A stretch of 48,939 nucleotides of DNA from a virus: positions 1-48,939 of IMG/VR virus record IMGVR_UViG_2910123500_000001. One strand, 5' to 3'. Under the pieces are notes generated by a model. That model saw only the letters and a list, made by a program, of their open reading frames with translations, was not told the origin of the DNA and made no database searches. Position numbers and translations under genes: made by a program. Every line of letters starts with the position of its first letter. Positions within the stretch are counted from its first letter, which is position 1. Positions 42,878-48,939 of the stretch are shown in pieces.

Positions 42878-43263
42878 TGACGCAGCTTCCCGCCTGGGTC
42901 AAACCCGGCGCGATCGCATTCGACCGCAGCACCTTCACCTGCTTCACCGTCTGCCGGGTTCGCCAGGCGAAAGGCAATGGCCCGCTCTACCTGATGCACA
43001 AGCACGAAGGCGATCTAGGGGCTGGCCACCGGCTGGAGGATTGCAAGCTGGCAGAGCTAGGCGACCTGCTGAACTGCCGCCGGTACATCTTCGAGGACCT
43101 GGCCTTGGCGCTGACCCTGAAAGGCAGCGAAATCGTGCTGACGCGGTCCCAGAGCAGTGCCATCGTGGCTCTACCAGAGGAGCAGATCGACTTTGCCGCT
43201 TCAGTTCAGAGCTTTGCCAACTTCTTCAGCGGCGTGATTGTGGCTGAGGAGGTGGAAGCGTGA
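42874..43263 (+). CDS. Hypothetical protein
   Basis: Start codon overlaps the preceding stop in the early operon. Confidence 0.4.
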   Translation: MMTQLPAWVKPGAIAFDRSTFTCFTVCRVRQAKGNGPLYLMHKHEGDLGAGHRLEDCKLAELGDLLNCRRYIFEDLALALTLKGSEIVLTRSQSSAIVALPEEQIDFAASVQSFANFFSGVIVAEEVEA

Positions 43264-43772
43264 TTGAGCAGCTCAGCCTACTAAGCCTCACCCCCGAGCC
43301 CGAATCTGAGCCAGCCCCTGCTCCTGAAATCCCACTCTGCCACTGCTGCGCGGTTCCTGGCTGCGACAGCCTGATCAGCGAAATCCTGCTGATGTGCAGC
43401 CGCCACTGGGGGCAAATTCCGAGGGAGTTGCAGGCGATCTACTGGGCGCACTACCAAGCCCCTGACTCCCCCGAGTGCATCGCAGCTACTGCGGCAGCGG
43501 TGGCTGCCGTTAGTCCCCCGGTTCTAGAGCCGTCCCGTAATCAGATCCGCTTCCTAATCGGCGATCGCGTCTGCATCACCGAGCCAATTCAGGGTCGCTC
43601 CAGGCCAAACCCAGAGGACAAGAAAAAACCCATCCCTGTTTGGTTCACCCCATGGGAGGGCCGTGTTGGTACCTACTGCGGCCTCAACAGAGCGGGCTTG
43701 GCGCTGGTCGATTTTGGCGTGGGGCTTTACCCCGTTTCACTCAAATCACTTTCATTTGCGGAGATGACCTGA
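43260..43772 (+). CDS. Hypothetical Zn-finger plus SH3-like protein
   Basis: Contains CHCCAVPGC...CSRHW. Confidence 0.4.
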   Translation: MIEQLSLLSLTPEPESEPAPAPEIPLCHCCAVPGCDSLISEILLMCSRHWGQIPRELQAIYWAHYQAPDSPECIAATAAAVAAVSPPVLEPSRNQIRFLIGDRVCITEPIQGRSRPNPEDKKKPIPVWFTPWEGRVGTYCGLNRAGLALVDFGVGLYPVSLKSLSFAEMT

Positions 43773-44005
43773 TGTCGCTCGACAAACTACTGATAAACCA
43801 AAAGCTCACAGACATCACGATAGGTCAGTTGGCCCAGCTGCTGAAGGAGTCGGGAGCTGGGCGCATGTCACTCTCCCAGGACTACATAAGCGGCAAAAGG
43901 CACTGGGTGCTGGTGATGGCCCACAACGACAGCGCTGATCGGCTTAGTCAGTGCATCAAGCAGCTTGATGCAGAGGACTTAGCGGCAGAGGTGGAAGAGA
44001 GCTAA
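43772..44005 (+). CDS. Small hypothetical protein
   Basis: The ATG overlaps the upstream TGA (TGATG). This is the internal start of the 43640-44005 ORF. Confidence 0.35.
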   Translation: MSLDKLLINQKLTDITIGQLAQLLKESGAGRMSLSQDYISGKRHWVLVMAHNDSADRLSQCIKQLDAEDLAAEVEES

Positions 44006-44460
44006 TGCCAATGCAGCGTGAGCTTTATCCGCCGAATTGGGATGCGATCGCACTGGCCAAAAAAGAGTCTGTGGGTTGGCACTGCGAGAACTGTGATCGC
44101 CCCTGCCGCATCAGCGGTGAGTCCCTCTACGACTTCATCCTCCGCATTGAGGGCGAGCCCCATCCTGACTTGGATTGGGTCAATCAGGCCGCTATCTCAA
44201 CCATCTGCGAGAAGCCGCAGCGCTGGACGCTCACCGTGGCTCACCTGAACCAAGAGCCCAGCGATTGCTCTGATGCAAACCTCAAGGCCCTCTGTGCCCC
44301 CTGCCACCTGGAGCACGACCGGCCCTTCCGCTTAGCCAACAGGGCCAGAAAGTTGGAGCGCCAAGGCCAACTCAACCTGCTCCGGCCACCGGCGATCGCA
44401 CCCATCGCAGCAGACCTAGGCAGAGACCCAACCCGTATCCAGCCGACCCTTTGGAGTTAG
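44005..44460 (+). CDS. HNH endonuclease
   Basis: WHCENCDRPC...VAHLNQEPSDCSDANLKALCAPCHLEHD pattern. Confidence 0.8.
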   Translation: MPMQRELYPPNWDAIALAKKESVGWHCENCDRPCRISGESLYDFILRIEGEPHPDLDWVNQAAISTICEKPQRWTLTVAHLNQEPSDCSDANLKALCAPCHLEHDRPFRLANRARKLERQGQLNLLRPPAIAPIAADLGRDPTRIQPTLWS

Positions 44461-44464
44461 GCAC

Positions 44465-46180
44465 ATGGCAACCCGACCCCGACAGCAATTCGCCCCAGGG
44501 CAACTGGTCAGGGTTGCCCATCCCCTTCCCGCAAACAGAGACCTGAAAAACGAAGTTTTGGAGATAGTCGAGATGGTAGGAAAGAGCGCAGTTGTATCGA
44601 AGGACTCAAAGCGCCGTGTCGTCGGCACTGAGCAGTTAGAGACGGTTGAGCGGCCTATCCCTGCTGAGCCTACGGTTGAAAGCTCACGGCCAGAACCAGA
44701 GGCCCCAGAGCGGAAGTTCCAGCTTGGCGACCAGCTCAAGCAAGACCTCAACACCGAGGGCACTGGCAGCTTGCCTTCCCTCATTAGCTACGGCGTCCTA
44801 GTAGACTACTGCCCAATGCCCAACGCGGGACCAAAGCTTCTACCGTTCCTGCGCTGGGAGAACGGCACTCAGGGCTGGGCCTCAGAGGATCAGCTAGAGC
44901 CAGCTGATCGGCCCGTAGTGGTTCCAAAGTTCTGCGCTGGAGATCGCGTACAAACTGACTACAGCAAGCATGATCAAGCCTCACCACCCCCTGGCCTAAA
45001 TGGCGTAGCGGATAGGCAGCGAGGCTATGTTGAGGCAGTAAGGCCTCGTCACGGTTACTTCGGCTATTGGGTGCGATTTGACGGTTTTGATCGAGCCGTT
45101 GAAGTTCCTCTGCAATTCCTAGCATCCGAGCAGTCCGATTCTGACGCAACGGAAAGTGAGATCGCAGCGGTTGAAGCCGAGATTGTGGAAGCCGAGCCAG
45201 CTGCTCGCTTGGCCCAGCTTGAAGAGGAAATTCAGGCTAGCTTGACCCAGATTGACGAGGGTCGCTCTCGGCTCTGGTCCGCCGTGGCAGCCGTGAAAAA
45301 TGAGGAGCTATGGCGCGAGGCTGGCCACCCCAATTTCATCAGCTACTGCAAAGAGCGCTGGGGCTGGGAGAAGTCCAACGCCTACGACAATGCGATCGCC
45401 GGTGAGGTCTATCAGTCCCTAGTGCTTTCCGGCGCAGCGGAAAACGAGCTGCCTCAGAGCCTGGGAGCGATGCGCGAGCTGGCCAAAGTGCCAGAGAGTG
45501 AGCGCATGGAGGTGCTGCAGCAGGCACAGGTGGCCACCGGTGGCCGAGTCACGGGTAAAGCGGTGAGAAATGCGGCCAGGCCTAAAGTAGACCCCGATCA
45601 GCCCGCCGATGAGGAAAAAGCCGAGCTAGAGGAACCCACCTACCACGACGCCGACGGTAGGCCCCTTTGCCTAAACGATGCTGTGGTCTCCGCCAAAGGC
45701 TACGCCCTGCTGGGCAAGGTTATTGCCTTTGACCACAACCACTACCTGCCCGTGGTCATCCTTCAGCCCGACGGCACAGAGTCGAACGTCAAGCCCGAAA
45801 CCCTACTGGTAGCAGAGCTGAACGAATTGCCAGCCAGCCCCGCAGAGCTGCCGCAGCCAGCCGCCCCAGAGGCGAAAAACGCCCACTCGGATGCGGAAAC
45901 GCCCTCGCCTGTTGTAGAGGCTTCTGGAGGGGGCTGGCAGATCGGAGACATCGTGGTAGACGAGTATCGCCCCTACAGCCCCATGGTCATCACCAAAATG
46001 AGCGAGACTCAGGCCTGCTGCTGGGACATGCTCAACGAGACCTGGATCGGCTGGAAGAGCCTACAGCCCTACACCGAAAAGACCTCAATCAGCCTTGAAA
46101 GCATCTGCAAGTGGCGGCTGCAGAAGCTGGTGAAGGTGCTGGGCAAGGATGCTGTCACCGCAATGCTGGAGGAGGTGTGA
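44465..46180 (+). CDS. Large DNA-binding protein with a ParB/KorB-like HTH and repeated SH3/KOW-like modules
   Basis: ELWREAGHPNFISYCKERWGWEKSNAYDNAIAGEVYQSL, plus several GD(R/Q/I)V...-type small beta modules. Confidence 0.45.
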   Translation: MATRPRQQFAPGQLVRVAHPLPANRDLKNEVLEIVEMVGKSAVVSKDSKRRVVGTEQLETVERPIPAEPTVESSRPEPEAPERKFQLGDQLKQDLNTEGTGSLPSLISYGVLVDYCPMPNAGPKLLPFLRWENGTQGWASEDQLEPADRPVVVPKFCAGDRVQTDYSKHDQASPPPGLNGVADRQRGYVEAVRPRHGYFGYWVRFDGFDRAVEVPLQFLASEQSDSDATESEIAAVEAEIVEAEPAARLAQLEEEIQASLTQIDEGRSRLWSAVAAVKNEELWREAGHPNFISYCKERWGWEKSNAYDNAIAGEVYQSLVLSGAAENELPQSLGAMRELAKVPESERMEVLQQAQVATGGRVTGKAVRNAARPKVDPDQPADEEKAELEEPTYHDADGRPLCLNDAVVSAKGYALLGKVIAFDHNHYLPVVILQPDGTESNVKPETLLVAELNELPASPAELPQPAAPEAKNAHSDAETPSPVVEASGGGWQIGDIVVDEYRPYSPMVITKMSETQACCWDMLNETWIGWKSLQPYTEKTSISLESICKWRLQKLVKVLGKDAVTAMLEEV

Positions 46181-46183
46181 GTC

Positions 46184-46486
46184 ATGCCCATAAAGCTCAT
46201 CAAAATTAGCTACAACCCTCGCCTAAAAAGCGTTGTAGACGCAGCTATTCACCTGCTCAACGTCACTCTATATGGGCGCTGTGAGGTGAGTATCCAGCAC
46301 TTTGAGTCAGAGCAGGAGCTGGAAACCTTTCTGCTTAACGGTGCCGACGGCCCAGAGCAGGAGCATGAAATCCCTACTTTCACTTGCCCGGAGTGCCACC
46401 GCACCAGCTATAACCCCAACGACGTGCTCAACAGCTACTGCGGGGCCTGCAATCGTTTTTTTGAGGAGTCAAACGTTGATGGCTAA
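46184..46486 (+). CDS. Small zinc-ribbon protein
   Basis: CPECHRTSYNPNDVLNSYCGACNRFF pattern. Confidence 0.45.
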   Translation: MPIKLIKISYNPRLKSVVDAAIHLLNVTLYGRCEVSIQHFESEQELETFLLNGADGPEQEHEIPTFTCPECHRTSYNPNDVLNSYCGACNRFFEESNVDG

Positions 46487-47009
46487 AGGTTTTGGAAAAG
46501 AGCAGCAGTCGGATCAAATTTGGGTCGAGTCACTAGTCAAATCTCGCACACTGCAACCTGCGATCAACCTCAAATGGGGCAAGCAGCAGGCGCAGCTCAC
46601 CCCCCAGGAGGCAACCCACCATGCCCTGGCAGTACTCGAAGCGGCGGCAGCTGCTGAGCTAGACAGCGCTCTGATGCGGTGGGCCGTGGAGGTTGCTGGC
46701 TCGTCTCCAGTCCAGGGCGCTCAACTGCTGCAGCTATTTAGGCAGCAGCGCGAAGCAGGCCAAATTCCGAGTTGCACTATGGACCTGGGGGATGAGTCGA
46801 TCCGCCCTGACACGGCTAGAGAGCGGGCTAAATACTTGCTGATGAATGCGTTCAACACCGAAGTCGAGGCATTTCTGTTGGTCTTTGCCATACAAGATTT
46901 GGGCTTGGCTGCAGAGCAGGCAGACCAAATGCTGCAGGAGTTTCGGGCACTCAGAGGTCTACAAACTGATTGGAACCGTGAAGGGCTAAGGGGTGATGGC
47001 GATGAGTAA
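46479..47009 (+). CDS. Hypothetical protein
   Basis: Internal ATG (MAKGFGKEQQ) that overlaps the upstream stop codon. Confidence 0.35.
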   Translation: MAKGFGKEQQSDQIWVESLVKSRTLQPAINLKWGKQQAQLTPQEATHHALAVLEAAAAAELDSALMRWAVEVAGSSPVQGAQLLQLFRQQREAGQIPSCTMDLGDESIRPDTARERAKYLLMNAFNTEVEAFLLVFAIQDLGLAAEQADQMLQEFRALRGLQTDWNREGLRGDGDE

Positions 47010-47307
47010 CGAATCTACTCGGTTAGAAGAGCTGAAGCAGCGATATTTTGCCCTGGCTCATGCCATGCAGACTGGTGTTGCCTTCACGATGGAGTTTGAC
47101 CCTTCCCAGGTTGCACCCAAGCACCTGAGGGTAGGCGTGAACTCTGCAATGGTTGAGCACTCCGCAGTGGTGCGGCTGCTCTTGGAGAAAGGCATCTTCA
47201 CCGAGCTGGAGTTTTACGAATCTCTCTGTGAGGTCATGGAGGAAGAGGCGCAGCGCTACAAGAGGCAGCTGCGGGAGCATTACGGCGGAGATGTAGACCT
47301 GGCATGA
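46993..47307 (+). CDS. Hypothetical protein
   Basis: 104-aa ORF overlapping its neighbours in the same operon. Confidence 0.35.
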   Translation: MMAMSNESTRLEELKQRYFALAHAMQTGVAFTMEFDPSQVAPKHLRVGVNSAMVEHSAVVRLLLEKGIFTELEFYESLCEVMEEEAQRYKRQLREHYGGDVDLA

Positions 47308-47657
47308 CGGACACAGCCCAGACAATAGCCCTGCTGCTAGAAACCGCTGCGGCTCAGCAGAAGCTGGCCGAGGCCGCCCTGGAGATGGCTAGAGATCTAC
47401 AGCGCCAGACTCAAGAGCATCAGTGGGTGAAACTTACAGAAGCCGCCCTAATGCTGGGCAGCGCCTTCACAGCGGGCAAAATTGGCGACGACATCAAGGC
47501 TGGGCTCTTCAAGTACGGGCGAGACTACATCAACACCAGCAACGGCGTGAAGCCTAACTACGCCGTGAAGGTTGCTCGCCTGCGCAAGGTCTACGAGCTG
47601 GAGCCAGAGAAGCGCCCCACCTACCCCCAGCCAGAACCTGCTCAGAAAGAGGCTTAG
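47304..47657 (+). CDS. Possible excisionase / recombination directionality factor
   Basis: Last early gene, convergent with and overlapping the integrase by 4 nt. WVKLTEAALMLGSAFTAGKI is HTH-like. Confidence 0.3.
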   Translation: MTDTAQTIALLLETAAAQQKLAEAALEMARDLQRQTQEHQWVKLTEAALMLGSAFTAGKIGDDIKAGLFKYGRDYINTSNGVKPNYAVKVARLRKVYELEPEKRPTYPQPEPAQKEA

Positions 47658-48760
47658 ATGGGTCTGTTCAGCCTGGCCCGCTCCCATGCCTGCTGCATGT
47701 GGTCCCTGTTCAGAAACTGCTGATAAATCCGGTTGTGAACCACCAGGCTGTGATCCATCATCTTGGCGGCAATGCTGGGGTCTAGGCCCATCACTGCCGC
47801 CCTGGCCGCCCAGCAGTGCCTCAGGTCGTAGGGGACAAATGGCATCTGGTTGCGGTTGAAATACTGCGAAACGCGCATCCCATAGTCGCTGTTGCGCTTA
47901 GCTGTCAGCCTGGGCAGCTCTACATCCCAAAGCCGAAATCGCTCCCACCAGTCGTCTGGCAAAGGCCAAACGCTGTGGGGCTTTCTGTTTTTGCCATCCT
48001 GCACCAGGGCAATACCTGGGGGCTCCTTGAGCGCTTCCAGGTCCACAAAAAACACCTCATGATCCCTAAGACCATAGGTCGCCATGAGGGCATAAACACA
48101 CTGCCACGGGCGCGACGGTATCTGGTCGTAGTAGGCCAATATTTCTTGGTCACTAGGCAAGTCACGAGGGTTCACCGAGCTGGGGCTATACGCGCCCCTG
48201 TAGGCCGTGAGGTTGGCATCGAGCTGCGCCAGTCTGGCCAGTGCTCCATAGGCCATAGCGGCCCGCTGCCGTGCCCTGGTGTCAGGCTTAGTGGTCTCCA
48301 GCAGTACCTTGACCAGCAGCTCGGCAGAAAGGTCTTTGTCCGCTGGCAGCCGCCGAAACGGGATCTGGTAATCCTTTTCCCAGGTCGTCTCGCTCTGGGG
48401 GTTGCGATCGCGGCGCTGGAAATAGTTTTGCTCGAATGCCTCCACCCAATCGGCGCAGGTTTGGCACCGGCGCTCAGTGGCGGACCAGTCCGCCCAGCTG
48501 AATCGCCCCATAGGAAGGTCAGAGGCCAGGCGCTGAGCATCGGCCAAAGATCGCTTCACCCCAGCCGGGTTGAGAAAGACCCCCAAAGCAATCCTCTGCT
48601 GATAGGGTTTATCCTTTGAGCTATTGGGCTTCGGTGGTAGCGTGGCCCTTAGGTAGAGCCGGTTGCTTCCCTTCACTTGAACAATCTGCACCCCAGAGCG
48701 GGCTGCCTTTAAAGAGGCGTTGGCTTCTGCCAGCAAATCCTCAACGGAACGCTTGCCCAC
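47654..48760 (-). CDS. int: Tyrosine integrase
   Basis: YGLRDHE, PYDLRHCWAARAAVMG and MDHSLVVHNRIYQ give an R..HxxR..H..Y pattern. Adjacent to attR. Confidence 0.85.
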   Translation of the reverse strand: MGKRSVEDLLAEANASLKAARSGVQIVQVKGSNRLYLRATLPPKPNSSKDKPYQQRIALGVFLNPAGVKRSLADAQRLASDLPMGRFSWADWSATERRCQTCADWVEAFEQNYFQRRDRNPQSETTWEKDYQIPFRRLPADKDLSAELLVKVLLETTKPDTRARQRAAMAYGALARLAQLDANLTAYRGAYSPSSVNPRDLPSDQEILAYYDQIPSRPWQCVYALMATYGLRDHEVFFVDLEALKEPPGIALVQDGKNRKPHSVWPLPDDWWERFRLWDVELPRLTAKRNSDYGMRVSQYFNRNQMPFVPYDLRHCWAARAAVMGLDPSIAAKMMDHSLVVHNRIYQQFLNRDHMQQAWERARLNRPI

Positions 48761-48781
48761 TTGACTAAAACTTGCCTAAAA
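48760..48781 (+). promoter_or_regulatory. Tandem CTTGACTAAAA / CTTGCCTAAAA repeats, candidate integrase arm-type sites
   Basis: Same unit and orientation as 68-89. A degenerate third copy GCTTGCCCA lies at 48751-48759. Confidence 0.5.
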
Positions 48782-48894
48782 TTCAGCCCAAATAATAGCT
48801 TTTAAGTTTGATAAAGCAAACGCAAACAACAGAAAATCAGCGTTATTCGGGCCGCAAAACTGCTTAAACGTGAAATCAAGGTGTTGACAGGGGG

Positions 48895-48939
48895 TTGTGG
48901 TTCCACCATTCGAGGGTTCGAGTCCCTTCGTTCGCCCTT
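48895..48939 (+). repeat. attR core (duplicate tRNA 3' fragment)
   Basis: Identical to 1-45. No matching tRNA 5' half (GCGAACG...) lies upstream, so this copy is partial. Confidence 0.8.

Larger units (their letters stand above)
1..48939. mobile_element. Integrated temperate contractile-tailed prophage bounded by attL/attR
   Basis: nt 1-45 are identical to 48895-48939. An integrase lies beside the right repeat. A full head, tail and replication gene set lies between the repeats. HIP1 GCGATCGC is abundant throughout. Confidence 0.9.

Overview
The window is one complete integrated prophage of about 48.9 kb. It is bounded by identical 45-nt direct repeats (1-45 and 48895-48939) that carry the T-arm and acceptor 3' strand of a tRNA, so these are attL and attR. 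A tyrosine integrase and tandem CTTGCCTAAA arm-type repeats sit next to the att cores. The cyanobacterial HIP1 octamer GCGATCGC occurs more than 40 times by eye, against roughly one expected by chance, so the host is almost certainly a cyanobacterium.

Gene layout:
- 143-3885 (-): baseplate and fibre operon (V-W-J-I-fibre), detached from the other tail genes and inverted relative to them.
- 3937-5280 (+): a second Xer-like tyrosine recombinase and an HU protein.
- 5893-23771 (+): late genes, comprising small and large terminase, portal, scaffold, capsid, an HhH protein, a histone-H1-like Lys/Ala-repeat protein, a MuF-JAB fusion, sheath, tube, a chaperone with a GGGAAAG -1 frameshift, tape measure, gpU and gpX.
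- 23768-26450: a 2.7-kb cassette splitting gpX from gpD, with a Rad52-like annealing protein and a palindromic operator.
- 26595-27617 (+): gpD.
- 27639-30230 (+): accessory operon encoding an FHA protein, a PAS-EAL c-di-GMP phosphodiesterase and a SigF/SigB-type sigma factor.
- 30466-35225 (-): a seven-gene operon ending in a membrane-anchored FtsK/TraB-like ATPase.
- 35403-47657: early and replication genes (RHH regulators, Toprim-helicase, HNH, ParB-like) plus a small accessory-gene island.
- 47654-48760 (-): integrase.

Most interesting observations:
1. The FtsK/TraB-like translocase has a gamma-type winged helix, and a converging, polarised array of CTCAGGAT 8-mers abuts its 3' end. This resembles the clt/KOPS loading logic.
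2. A conserved 13-nt leader motif, GGG(A/C)AC-N-CTG(A/C)GG, precedes nearly every late operon on both strands. It fits the GGG-type -10 element read by SigB/SigF-class sigma factors, and the phage encodes such a sigma.

All domain calls come from reading motifs by eye. No database or structure search was run.
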